From positions 1 through 40,156 of the IMG/VR virus record IMGVR_UViG_3300017645_000185: DNA of 40,156 bases; one strand, written 5' to 3'. The notes under the pieces are model-generated. The model was not told the DNA's origin. It worked only from the letters and a program-made list of their open reading frames with translations, and did not search any database. Made by a program: the position numbers and the translations under genes. Below are positions 15,257 through 24,518 of the stretch, one piece after another (the stretch's first letter is position 1; each line of letters starts with the position of its first letter). Origin of the DNA: a virus (taxonomy: Duplodnaviria > Caudoviricetes).

Positions 15257-15958
15257 ATGGCTGGGGAATGGCTCAAATTCGACGCCAGCACGCCGGATAA
15301 GCCGGAAGTCCTGGCCATCACTGTCGCCATGGGCTGGGACGATCCGGACCTCACAGTTGGCAAGTTGCTTCGGGTATGGCGCTGGTTCGATCAACAAACG
15401 ATTGATGGTAACGCTCCGGGCGTTACCTCAGCGTTACTTGACCGTTTGCTGGGCGTTACCGGGTTGTGCGAAGCAATGGCGAAAGTCGGGTGGCTGGTCA
15501 TCAATGATGATGGCTTGAGCCTGCCGAACTTCGACCGCCACAATGGAAAGACCGCAAAAGACCGTGCTTTGACCGCTAAGAGGGTGGCAAATCACAAAGG
15601 TAACGCTAAGGCTAACGCTGAAGGTAACGCTCCGACCGTTACCAAGGCGTTACCTAGAGAAGAGAAGAAAAGAATAAATAAAACCCCCTTACCCCCTTCG
15701 GGGGAGTCGGGATGGATCCGGCCCGACTGGCTGCCTGCCGATTTGTGGACGCAGTTCGAAGAAGTCCGTCGTCGGAAGAAAAAGCCGATGACTGATGCCG
15801 CCCGAAAGCTGGCTGCGAGTCGCCTGGCAAAGCTGCGCCAGGAGGGGCACGACGTGGCGACCATGCTGAACGATTCCATCCTCCACGCCTGGGACACGTT
15901 CTACCCGCCGAAGGCTCAGGACCGCCCGGCTAAGACCGCCTGGGAGAACGCGATATGA
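15257..15958 (+). CDS. Replication initiator (O-like)
   Basis: MAGEWLK..KPEV..VGKLLRVW.WFD..LPNFDRHNG.TAK.RA family pattern; internal iterons. Confidence 0.8.
   Translation: MAGEWLKFDASTPDKPEVLAITVAMGWDDPDLTVGKLLRVWRWFDQQTIDGNAPGVTSALLDRLLGVTGLCEAMAKVGWLVINDDGLSLPNFDRHNGKTAKDRALTAKRVANHKGNAKANAEGNAPTVTKALPREEKKRINKTPLPPSGESGWIRPDWLPADLWTQFEEVRRRKKKPMTDAARKLAASRLAKLRQEGHDVATMLNDSILHAWDTFYPPKAQDRPAKTAWENAI
15407..15683. repeat. Replication origin iterons
   Basis: GGTAACGC/GCGTTACC-like units at 15407, 15420, 15431, 15453, 15599, 15611, 15623, 15636, 15647; A-rich tract 15655-15683. Confidence 0.75.
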
Positions 15959-16305
15959 CCGGCCACCAGAGCATCACGGCGCTGCGGATGCGGGGCTACA
16001 CGCCGTCCCAGGTGTGGGTTTCGGTGCTCGATGCCGAGCCGGAATATTTCTCCGGGACGCACCCCGAGCGCGACCTCGAAAACGGCTTTCTGCCTGGAAT
16101 CGACATTGGCCCGGCTGAGCCGGTTCAAGCCTTGGACTTTCGCTGCCTGAGGGGCCTGACGGTCCACCTGCAAGGCACAGATCGCGGACGGGTCGAAGCG
16201 ATTCAGGAGCGTCTTCTGGAATTCCAACCGGCCCGGGTATTGGCCTCTGGGTTTGGCGAACTGATCGACACGGAGCAGGCATGCACAACGTCATCCCACT
16301 ACTGA
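15955..16305 (+). CDS. Hypothetical replication-module protein
   Basis: Coupled between initiator and helicase. Confidence 0.7.
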   Translation: MTGHQSITALRMRGYTPSQVWVSVLDAEPEYFSGTHPERDLENGFLPGIDIGPAEPVQALDFRCLRGLTVHLQGTDRGRVEAIQERLLEFQPARVLASGFGELIDTEQACTTSSHY

Positions 16306-17231
16306 CCCCCAACGACTTTGACTTTCGGCAGTTCATGACCGAGGCCGAGCCGCAGGCCAAGGTTGTCCCGGCCGAAGCGTGGCGAGAGCAGCTTATCGAG
16401 ACCACCAGGGGGGCAGCTCCCGTCACGGGCGCGCTGTTGCCTTGGTCCAAGACGCACGATCACCTGCGCTTTCGTGGTGGTGAAGTCACCCTGTGGCAGG
16501 GTATTAACGGGCACGGCAAAAGCCAACTGCTGGGACAAGCCAGCCTAGGGTTCGGCGCGCAGGGAGAGCGGGCCTGCATCGCCAGCTTCGAGATGAAGCC
16601 GATCTCGACGTTGAAGCGGATGCTTCGGCAGGCGGCGATGAACGATCGACCCAGCGAGCAGTTCGCCGGCCGATTCATGGACTGGATCCGGGGGAAGTTC
16701 TGGATCTATGACCAGTTGGGCCAGGTCAAGCCAGAGATGATCTATGCGGTGATCCGATACTGCGCCGACCGGCTGAAGATCAAACACATCATCGTGGACA
16801 GCCTGATGAAGTGCGTCCGGGGTGAGGACGATTACAACGGGCAGAAGGACTTCGTGGACATGCTGACGAGTCTAGCCCGCGACCACAGCGTTCACATTCA
16901 CTTGGTTCACCACGTCCGGAAGAAGGACAATGAGGACTCGGTACCGGGGAAGTTCGACGCCAAGGGATCCGGGGCAATCTCGGACCAGGTGGACCAGGTG
17001 CTGACGGTCTGGCGGAACAAGAAGAAGGAACGAGCCCGGGAACAGTCGGCACGCACAGGGGCGATGATGCCCGCTGACCTGGCCGACGCTCCTGACGCCA
17101 TGCTGATCTGCGACAAGAACCGGCACGGGGAATGGGAGGGTTCAGTGGCTCTCTGGTATCACCCGCAATCGATGCAGTACACGGGCGACAGTCGGTGCAT
17201 CCCGCTGGACATGATGGGGGATAGGCGATGA
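16281..17231 (+). CDS. DnaB-like (SF4) replicative helicase
   Basis: GINGHGKS Walker A, SFEM, IIVDSL, HLVHH, KGSGAISDQVD, KNRHG. Confidence 0.9.
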   Translation: MHNVIPLLTPNDFDFRQFMTEAEPQAKVVPAEAWREQLIETTRGAAPVTGALLPWSKTHDHLRFRGGEVTLWQGINGHGKSQLLGQASLGFGAQGERACIASFEMKPISTLKRMLRQAAMNDRPSEQFAGRFMDWIRGKFWIYDQLGQVKPEMIYAVIRYCADRLKIKHIIVDSLMKCVRGEDDYNGQKDFVDMLTSLARDHSVHIHLVHHVRKKDNEDSVPGKFDAKGSGAISDQVDQVLTVWRNKKKERAREQSARTGAMMPADLADAPDAMLICDKNRHGEWEGSVALWYHPQSMQYTGDSRCIPLDMMGDRR

Positions 17232-17626
17232 TGCTAGACCGCCTCCGTATCCGTCTGGCGTGGCCCGATATGGCGCTGATGCCGAACCGCAAGAACGGCA
17301 AGCATTGGGGAAGCATTCACGCTCAGAAGACGAAGGCCAAGCGAGACGCGAATTTCATCGCCTTAGCCGCTCTCGCTACCCACACGCTGATCCCAGCGCA
17401 TCGGCTTGCGCTGCGCATCACGTTCGCAGCCCCCGACAAGCGGCGCAGGGACGTGGACAACCTCCTGGCCTGCATCAAGCCCCAGATCGACGGAATAGCC
17501 CAGGCCCTGGGAGTGGACGACAGCCTGTTTCGGCCGATCATTTTGGATGACGGTTACGACCCCCAGAAACAAGGCTACATCGACATTGAAATCAGTGCCT
17601 ACGAGGCGAGGAAGGAGGCAGCATGA
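17228..17626 (+). CDS. rusA: RusA-like Holliday junction resolvase
   Basis: PDKRRRDVDNLL..IK..IDGIA..LGVDD motif. Confidence 0.85.
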   Translation: MMLDRLRIRLAWPDMALMPNRKNGKHWGSIHAQKTKAKRDANFIALAALATHTLIPAHRLALRITFAAPDKRRRDVDNLLACIKPQIDGIAQALGVDDSLFRPIILDDGYDPQKQGYIDIEISAYEARKEAA

Positions 17627-17928
17627 CCCCCAAGCAAATCCAGCAAGCCACGATAGCCGCCTTGAAAGAGCGTGGCATCGAGGTAGATCCCAAGATCACG
17701 ATTACGGACCTGGTCCCGATTGTGGAGCAGGCATCAGGTACGCGCAGGCATTTCACCTGCAATCGGTCGGATTATCTGTCCGCCTTCCTGTCGCCTGCGA
17801 AGGTCTCCGCCCGAGAGCCCACGCCATTTCGCCCGATGCTGAGGCTGCCCGAGGATCTCAGGCTAGCAGCACAGCGAGTGGTAGGCATGCCAATCCTGAT
17901 GAGCATGGCATCCAGGGTGCCGAAATGA
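17623..17928 (+). CDS. Hypothetical protein
   Basis: ATGA-coupled at both ends. Confidence 0.65.
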   Translation: MTPKQIQQATIAALKERGIEVDPKITITDLVPIVEQASGTRRHFTCNRSDYLSAFLSPAKVSAREPTPFRPMLRLPEDLRLAAQRVVGMPILMSMASRVPK

Positions 17929-18440
17929 TCGAGCTGCCGCGCTGGGCCATGGGAGATCCCGCGAAGGTCGCGGAACACCTGGAGGGGATCAGAAATCGCC
18001 CTACGCGGCAGGAGAGGGCGAAGGAACGGCTCGACAGGGCATTTTCGGAGGGCTTCATGACCCAAGACGAGAGCGATCAGATCGAAGAACTGGTGATGAC
18101 GTGGTACCACTGGGCCAAAGCGGGCCGGGAACATTTGGGATACAGCCGAGTATCCCCAATGTTTCGGGACATGGACCGGAGCGACGTCTACACCGATCCT
18201 GAGGAATATGACCTAAGAATAGCGGCAGCACAGGCCGAGCAGGTAGACGTCTGCCTAAACCAGCTACCGGCCATCATGCGCTCAGCAGTCGGAATCCATG
18301 CTGCGAACCAGGATGCTGGCGGCGAGGTCTATCGCAATCCCCGCCTGACACGAGAGGAGCAGCACCGTGTCTACCAGGAGGCGAAGGAGGCGCTTTACCC
18401 GATGTTGCGTAAGCGCGACATGGTGAAGATTGCTGCTTGA
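17925..18440 (+). CDS. Q-like late-gene regulator/antiterminator
   Basis: Last early gene, followed by a promoter and terminator; IEELV.TW..W and VD.CL..L pattern. Confidence 0.65.
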   Translation: MIELPRWAMGDPAKVAEHLEGIRNRPTRQERAKERLDRAFSEGFMTQDESDQIEELVMTWYHWAKAGREHLGYSRVSPMFRDMDRSDVYTDPEEYDLRIAAAQAEQVDVCLNQLPAIMRSAVGIHAANQDAGGEVYRNPRLTREEQHRVYQEAKEALYPMLRKRDMVKIAA

Positions 18441-18445
18441 GGGTA

Positions 18446-18473
18446 TTGCATTCCGAACTCCAGTAAGTATTAT
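18446..18473 (+). promoter_or_regulatory. Late promoter PR'-like
   Basis: TTGCAT -16 bp- TATTAT immediately after the Q-like stop. Confidence 0.6.
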
Positions 18474-18510
18474 TGGCTCTGAGGCGTTTTCGCGCGCCTA
18501 AAGCAAGCGT

Positions 18511-18544
18511 AGCCCGCCGTCCGAAAGGTCGCGCGGGTTTTTTT
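18511..18544 (+). terminator. tR'-like terminator
   Basis: GCCCGC..GAAA..GCGGGT hairpin with a T7 run. Confidence 0.75.
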
Positions 18545-18612
18545 ATGGCACTCCACGCCACAAAGACTATGACGCCTAGGATGGGCGGTCTGGAAGAAAA
18601 CATCTCCCCTAA

Positions 18613-18894
18613 TGGCAAACCGGGGGCCTGAGCTTTTAGCGGCAAGGGATAAACAGGTAATCAGTCACTGATGCCCCTAAAGGGGATAGGCGAATCGCAC
18701 CCGTAAGGTGCACCTGATAAATAAAGCAGCTAACACGCGCGCCTTGGTGGCTCTTGGCCCGCACGCCCAAGTCTATTGATCAGCCCTTTATAGGGTGCCT
18801 GTATAAGATCAAAGACTGAGGGTTTGCCGCGCATGGCCTATGAGATAGATAAAATCTATCAAGACAGGCTCGATGATTTCCCTCCGGTTTGCCA
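18613..18894 (+). ncRNA. Candidate large structured RNA in the late leader
   Basis: Closing stem TGGCAAACCGG/CCGGTTTGCCA plus at least seven nested helices; no credible ORF. Confidence 0.55.
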
Positions 18895-18961
18895 CCCAGG
18901 AAACGTCTCGCCCGGACGTAAAACGGGCACCTTTTCTCCTTGGTTGGGTATCCCAGCCTTC

Positions 18962-19003
18962 ATGCGCCCCGGGTGAGCATTGCTCCCTGGGGCGTGTCTT
19001 TTT
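18962..19003 (+). terminator. Terminator-like hairpin directly before terS
   Basis: ATGCGCCCCGGG-GAGC/GCTC-CCTGGGGCGTGT followed by CTTTTT. Confidence 0.6.
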
Positions 19004-19014
19004 GCGGGGCAAGC

Positions 19015-19341
19015 ATGGGCCAACCTCAAGCTGCCGCGCCGGATAAAAAATCCAGCGAGAAACCGTTATTCGGTGGCAAGGCTGGCCCGGGGCGGCCCAA
19101 GGGCGTACCGAACAAGACTACGGTTGCCGCCAAAGACGCGATTGCGAAGGCTGCTGACGCGCTTGGGGGGGCAGATCGTCTTGTGGCGTGGGCCAAAGAA
19201 GACCCGGCGAACGAGAAGATCTTCTGGGGAACCATTTATCCCAAACTGCTGCCGCTTCAGGTGAGCGGGGATCCTAGCTCGCCTTTGGCGCATCGCGTGG
19301 AGATGGTCATTGTCGACCCTCCAGGTCAGGGTACCGCGTAA
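19015..19341 (+). CDS. terS: Terminase small subunit
   Basis: GPGRPKGVPNK motif, F...YPKLLP; directly upstream of terL. Confidence 0.8.
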   Translation: MGQPQAAAPDKKSSEKPLFGGKAGPGRPKGVPNKTTVAAKDAIAKAADALGGADRLVAWAKEDPANEKIFWGTIYPKLLPLQVSGDPSSPLAHRVEMVIVDPPGQGTA

Positions 19342-20656
19342 GCTTGCGCCTCTCCTGAAGCCGGCCCGTTACAAAGGTGCCTACGGCGGGCGGGGCGGGG
19401 CGAAGTCGCACTTCTTCGCAGAGCAGATCGTCCTTCGGATGTTCGCGGCCCCGACTCGGGTGGTTTGCATCCGGGAGATCCAGAACAGCATCAAGGATTC
19501 GGTTCACCAGCTACTGACGGACAAGATCCAGTCTTTGGGGCTGGGCGAGTTGTTCGAAGTGCTGGACACGGAGATACGCGGCCCGAATGGCAGCTTCGCG
19601 ATCTTCAAGGGGATGCGCAGCTACAACGCGACGAACATCAAGTCCCTGGAGGCGTTCGATATTGCCTGGGTTGAAGAGGCCCAGACGCTGAGCCAGACCA
19701 GCTTGGACATGCTCAGGCCGACGATCCGCAAGGAAGGATCGGAGTTGTGGTTCAGTTGGAACCCGAGGTTCAAAACTGACCCGGTAGACCAGTTCTTCAG
19801 GAAGAATCCGCCGCCGGATGCGATCAGCGTGATGATCAACTGGCGGGACAACCCGTGGTTTCCGGACGTGCTCAGAAAGGAGATGGAGCACGACTTTTCG
19901 GTAGACGAGGACAAGGCCGATCACATCTGGAACGGAGCCTACGGAAGCGGCCAGGGCGCGATCATCGCCAGGCTTGTAAATAAGGCGGATCGGGAAGGAC
20001 GGATTGCGGACGATGTGGTCTATGACCGCCAGGGGTCCGATCTGGTCATATCGAGTGATATTGGATTCCACGATACGGCCTCGTGGTGGTACTGGCAAAG
20101 GCTCCAGGACGGGTTCAATCTGCTCAAGTACGAAGGGGATTCTGGCCTGGACGCAGACGAGTGGATTCCGAGGATTCAGGGCAGCATAAGAAGCCTGGGC
20201 GCCAAGGCTGTAGGGACGATATGGCTACCGCAGGACGCGAAGGCCAAAACGTTTCAGAGCAGGCACACGACGGTGGAGAAGTTCCTGGCAGCGTTTGGGG
20301 CCGGGAAGGTCCATGTTGTGCCGCCCACTAAGAAGCAGGACCAGATCAGCGCGGCCAGGACGGTTATCAACAGGTGCGCGTTCAACGCCTCACTATGCGA
20401 GGACGGCCTCGATGGCCTCAGGGCGTGGGAGTTTGAATACAACGAGGATCTCGGCGTGTTCTCGCGGGAGCCTCGGCACGATTGGGCATCCCACCCGTCC
20501 GACGCATTCGCGTATGGCAGTGTGGTGATGCAGGAGGTCGCGCCGGCGCCTGCGCTAGAGACCACGGTATGGCCGGTGCAGGCTAAGCACGGGCGGGCGG
20601 TAACCGCTCCCCTAAAGGACCTATGGCGAGATCGCCGAGGCGCGACGAGATACTGA
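19310..20656 (+). CDS. terL: Terminase large subunit (PBSX-like)
   Basis: YGGRGGAKS Walker A, WVEEAQ Walker B, SWNP, SH.SDAF.Y nuclease motif. Confidence 0.95.
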   Translation: MSTLQVRVPRKLAPLLKPARYKGAYGGRGGAKSHFFAEQIVLRMFAAPTRVVCIREIQNSIKDSVHQLLTDKIQSLGLGELFEVLDTEIRGPNGSFAIFKGMRSYNATNIKSLEAFDIAWVEEAQTLSQTSLDMLRPTIRKEGSELWFSWNPRFKTDPVDQFFRKNPPPDAISVMINWRDNPWFPDVLRKEMEHDFSVDEDKADHIWNGAYGSGQGAIIARLVNKADREGRIADDVVYDRQGSDLVISSDIGFHDTASWWYWQRLQDGFNLLKYEGDSGLDADEWIPRIQGSIRSLGAKAVGTIWLPQDAKAKTFQSRHTTVEKFLAAFGAGKVHVVPPTKKQDQISAARTVINRCAFNASLCEDGLDGLRAWEFEYNEDLGVFSREPRHDWASHPSDAFAYGSVVMQEVAPAPALETTVWPVQAKHGRAVTAPLKDLWRDRRGATRY

Positions 20657-20657
20657 A

Positions 20658-21068
20658 ATGCAATACGACACTGACGGGAGGCTGCTTGTGGCTGATGGCG
20701 ACATCGTTGCGGTAGGCAATGGCCTGCCGTACACGGAGACCGGCGCTCTGGCTGTGGAGTCCGCGGCTGTCATTTCGACGCAGAATGGATTCCCGTATAC
20801 CGAGGCCGGGAAGCTGGCGGTTTCGATGCCTGCCCCTCCTGACGACGAGGCCACGGTGCAGGATGGCCAATCGGTGGTACTGCGCCAGGCGGACGGTAGC
20901 TCTATCACTGCTGGGGCGAATCTGGTGGTCGAGGGCGGCGCTCTGACTGAAGTGGCGATTTCCCCTGCTTCACGGGTGATTGTGAACGAAGAGTCCTACG
21001 AGGTCGGTAGCGTGACGTACACCTTCACCGTCGAGGACGGCGTGATTACGGACATAGTGACGAGCTGA
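20658..21068 (+). CDS. Acidic beta-rich protein, putative virion protein
   Basis: Tandem NG(L/F)PYTE.G.LAV repeat; coupled to portal. Confidence 0.7.
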   Translation: MQYDTDGRLLVADGDIVAVGNGLPYTETGALAVESAAVISTQNGFPYTEAGKLAVSMPAPPDDEATVQDGQSVVLRQADGSSITAGANLVVEGGALTEVAISPASRVIVNEESYEVGSVTYTFTVEDGVITDIVTS

Positions 21069-23179
21069 TGGCGGAGAAAAAGCCCACGGGCTCGAATCGC
21101 TGGCTAACCGAGCTCAATCTCTCTGAGTCGCGCCTGAAGGATTGGCATTCCCGAGGAAAGCGCATCGTCAGGCGGTATCGGGATGAGCGGGAAATGGATC
21201 GGCTGGGAACGGCGCGCTTCAACATCCTGTGGTCGAACACCGAGACCATCCTGCCGGCGACGTTCTCCCGCACGCCCAAGGCCGAGGTCAGTCGGCGCAA
21301 TAAGGACGCCGATCCTGTCGCCAGAACGGCAGCTCGCATCATCGAGCGCGCACTTCAGTACGAGATCGACCAGTATCCCGATTTCGAGGAAGGGCTGAAG
21401 GCTGCGCTGCTGGACCGGCTTCTGCCTGGCCAGGGCACGGTCTGGATCCGATTCGAGAGCTACGAGATCGCCCGGCCTGGTGAGCAGGAGGACGAGGACG
21501 TTGCTCCCGAGGCTGACCCGCTTGCTCCGACGATTGGCCCGGATGTGAAAGAGCGGGCTTGCGTGGATTACGTGTACTGGGAGGATTTCCGGTACGGTGA
21601 GGCGCGGTGCTGGGCGGATGTGCCGTGGGTTGCCCGAAGGGTCTACCTGACTCGCGCTGAGGGCATCGAGCGATTCGGGGATGTGTTCAAAGACGTGCCG
21701 CTCGTGAAGGAGCCCTTGGGCATAGACGAGACCATGCGGTCCTCTGGCTATGCCCAGGACGTGAAAAAGGGCGCGATCTGGGAGATCTGGGACAAGACGA
21801 GCAAGAAGGCGATCTGGGTCGCGGAAGGGTTTGAGAAGATTCTGGACCAGCGCGACGATCCGTATGGGCTGGAGGAATTCTTTCCTTGTCCGAAGCCGCT
21901 CTTTGCGACTCAGACCAGTGACCAGATCATCCCGGTACCGGATTTCTCCCTGTATCAGGACCAGGCGACCGAGATCGACCTGCTGACAACCCGGATCAAG
22001 GGGCTGACGGAAGCCCTAAAGCTGAACGGCGCCTACGACGCGAGTTGCAACGAACTAGCCCATATCCTGGCGTCCGACGACAACACGCTGGTTCCTGTGT
22101 CGAACTGGTCAGGACTGGCCGAAAAGGGCGGGATTGCGGGCTCGATGACCTGGGTGCCTCTACGCGAGGTTGTTGGGGCACTTCAAGCCGCGTGGGAGGC
22201 CCGGGAGCAGGCCAAGCAGGTTGTCTACGAGATCACCGGCATCAGCGACATCATTCGCGGAGCGACGAAGGCCAGCGAAACCGCGACTGCCCAGGACATC
22301 AAGCGTCAGTTCGGCAGCCTGAGATTGCAGACACGCCAGCGGGATTTTGCCAAGTTCGCTACCGACATCCTGCGCATCAAAGCGCAGTTGATGATGGACA
22401 TTTACAGTCCCGAGACGCTTCTGGCGATGTCGGGGATCCTGGATACCGAAGACGCTCAGTACGTCCCCCAGGCCCTGCAAATGCTCCAGACGGAGCCGAT
22501 GCGGGAATACAAGATCACTGTAGCTGCGGATTCGTTGGTTGCCATTGACGAAGAGCAAGAAAAGTCCCAGCGCATGGAGTTCTTGAACGCTATCGGGGGA
22601 TACATCCAGAACGCCATGGCTGCGGCTCAGCAATCCCCGGAGATTGCGCCCCTTGCCGTGTCGCTGATGATGTTTGCGGTACGAGCATTCCCGGCTGCGA
22701 AACCGGTTGAAGAGGCATTTGAGCAGTTCGAGGCTGCGGTCCGCAATAAGCCGCCCACGGATCCGAATGCAGCCGCTCAGCAGATCGAAATGGCGAAGTT
22801 ACAGGGTCAGATGCAGATCGAGCAGATGAAGCTCCAGATGCAGGCCCAGGCAAAGCAGGCGGAATTGCAGGCTGATGCCCAGGCGAACCAGATCCGGGCG
22901 CAGGCGGATATTCAGATCGAGCGGGCAAGGATGGAATATCAGGCCCAGCTTGAGCAGAACCGGGCTGCGATGCAGGCGCAGATGGACCGCTACAAGGCGG
23001 AACTGGAGGCGCAGTCCAAAGCGCAGATTGCGGCGATGGATCAGTCCTTCCAGCGGTGGAAGGCGGAGCTAGATGCGTCCGTGAAGATTCAGGTAGCGAA
23101 TATCGCGAGCAAGGCGAAGGTGGAGAACGCTGCTACGGATACGGCTACCAAGGAAATCGCCACGGAGGTCAGGCAGTGA
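21068..23179 (+). CDS. Portal protein with long C-terminal barrel coiled coil
   Basis: 703 aa after terL; YEITGISDIIRG..ETATAQ motif; Q/A-rich tail. Confidence 0.9.
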   Translation: MAEKKPTGSNRWLTELNLSESRLKDWHSRGKRIVRRYRDEREMDRLGTARFNILWSNTETILPATFSRTPKAEVSRRNKDADPVARTAARIIERALQYEIDQYPDFEEGLKAALLDRLLPGQGTVWIRFESYEIARPGEQEDEDVAPEADPLAPTIGPDVKERACVDYVYWEDFRYGEARCWADVPWVARRVYLTRAEGIERFGDVFKDVPLVKEPLGIDETMRSSGYAQDVKKGAIWEIWDKTSKKAIWVAEGFEKILDQRDDPYGLEEFFPCPKPLFATQTSDQIIPVPDFSLYQDQATEIDLLTTRIKGLTEALKLNGAYDASCNELAHILASDDNTLVPVSNWSGLAEKGGIAGSMTWVPLREVVGALQAAWEAREQAKQVVYEITGISDIIRGATKASETATAQDIKRQFGSLRLQTRQRDFAKFATDILRIKAQLMMDIYSPETLLAMSGILDTEDAQYVPQALQMLQTEPMREYKITVAADSLVAIDEEQEKSQRMEFLNAIGGYIQNAMAAAQQSPEIAPLAVSLMMFAVRAFPAAKPVEEAFEQFEAAVRNKPPTDPNAAAQQIEMAKLQGQMQIEQMKLQMQAQAKQAELQADAQANQIRAQADIQIERARMEYQAQLEQNRAAMQAQMDRYKAELEAQSKAQIAAMDQSFQRWKAELDASVKIQVANIASKAKVENAATDTATKEIATEVRQ

Positions 23180-23466
23180 GGAAGCGATATATCCAGGACC
23201 CGGTGACGTTAGAACTTGTTCCGGCTGAAGAGTACATCCCAAGGGGGCGCGAGAGCGCCCCTTACGTTTTGGGAGATATCGAGCCGTACCAATCGATGAT
23301 TACGGGAGAAATGATCACCGGGCGCCGGCAGCATCGGGAGCATTTGAGGCAACACGGGTGCATAGAGGTCGGCAACGAGAAGATCCCGCCCAGAAAGCCC
23401 AATGAATACAGCCGAGAGGATTACCGCCGCTCGGTGTCCGAAGTCCTGGCCGCGCACGGCCTATAA
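23176..23466 (+). CDS. Phage protein between portal and scaffold
   Basis: GTGA overlap; DIEPYQSMITGEMITGRRQHREHL..HGCIEVGNE. Confidence 0.75.
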   Translation: MRKRYIQDPVTLELVPAEEYIPRGRESAPYVLGDIEPYQSMITGEMITGRRQHREHLRQHGCIEVGNEKIPPRKPNEYSREDYRRSVSEVLAAHGL

Positions 23467-23487
23467 CCCCATTGCAGAGGCAACCCA

Positions 23488-24507
23488 ATGCAAACTGAAG
23501 ACCAGATTTCCATCGAAGAGGCGCTTGGTAAAGCGATTGACGGGCTGGAAGAGCCGCAGGAAGAGACCAAGACGCCTGGGGCTGAGGAACCCGAGACGCC
23601 CGAAGAGGCGCAAGAGACCGAAGAGCAACCCGAAGAGGAAGCTCCCGAAGAGCAGGAGGAGGCGGAAGACCCCGAGGAAAAGGAAGAGCCCGACGAGCCC
23701 GAAGAAGCCCCCGAGCCGACCCCCGAGGATCGTGCCCCCAATTCCTGGAAAACCGGGGCGGTAGCAGAGAAGTGGAAGGATCTGCCCAAGGAGATCAAGT
23801 CCGAGATCCATCGGCGAGAGGCAGACTTTCACAAGGGGCTGGAGCAGTACCGGGAAGCCGCAACGATGGCGCGCGAAATGGAAGGGGCGATCATGCCCTA
23901 CGCGCACAACATCAAGGCATCCGGCGTCCCGACGACGCACGCGATCAATCACCTGCTGATGATCGAGGACAAGCTGCGCAATGGGGATGCGAACACCAAG
24001 GCTCAGGTCCTGGTGAAGATCGCCCAGGACTACGGCATCGACATGCAGCAGGCGGTTACGGCGTCTCCGGCCGATCAGCGCATGTTCGACCTGGAGCAAA
24101 AGCTCCACCAGGAACGAATGGCCCGCATGCAGTATGAACAGAGCGTGCAGGCCCAACAGGAAACGACGGTCCAAAGCGAGATCCAGAAATTCGCCACGGA
24201 CCCGAAAAACGAATTCTTCGAAGCCGTCAAAGGCGACATGGCGCAGTTGCTGCAAACCGGTGTTGCGCAAAGCCTACAAGACGCCTACGAGAAGGCAGTA
24301 TGGGCGCGACCCGACATCAGGCAAACCCTTGTTGAACGTCAGCGTACCGAAGCCGAAAGACAGGCGGAACTCAAGACCCGAAAGAAGCGTGCTCAAACAG
24401 CCGCGGCGGGGGTCAAGGGATCGGCCACATCTCAGGTTTCCAAGCTCGGCAAGCACGCTTCCATCGAGGAAACGGTCGCTGCTGTTATGGACGGACTCAT
24501 TCAATAG
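23488..24507 (+). CDS. Scaffolding protein
   Basis: Glu-rich N-terminus, AP.SW..W..LP motif, helical; precedes capsid. Confidence 0.8.
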   Translation: MQTEDQISIEEALGKAIDGLEEPQEETKTPGAEEPETPEEAQETEEQPEEEAPEEQEEAEDPEEKEEPDEPEEAPEPTPEDRAPNSWKTGAVAEKWKDLPKEIKSEIHRREADFHKGLEQYREAATMAREMEGAIMPYAHNIKASGVPTTHAINHLLMIEDKLRNGDANTKAQVLVKIAQDYGIDMQQAVTASPADQRMFDLEQKLHQERMARMQYEQSVQAQQETTVQSEIQKFATDPKNEFFEAVKGDMAQLLQTGVAQSLQDAYEKAVWARPDIRQTLVERQRTEAERQAELKTRKKRAQTAAAGVKGSATSQVSKLGKHASIEETVAAVMDGLIQ

Positions 24508-24518
24508 AGAGGTAAATC

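Noticed and set aside
18613-18894. Group I intron
   Set aside because: Helix order and GATCAAAGACTGA...AAGACAGGC loosely recall P3/P7, but P7 would be mismatched and no interrupted exon or P1 splice site is evident
18480-19010. tRNA, tmRNA or RNase P genes in the late leader
   Set aside because: No GTTCGA T-loop with acceptor stem/CCA, and no GAGGAAAGTCC motif
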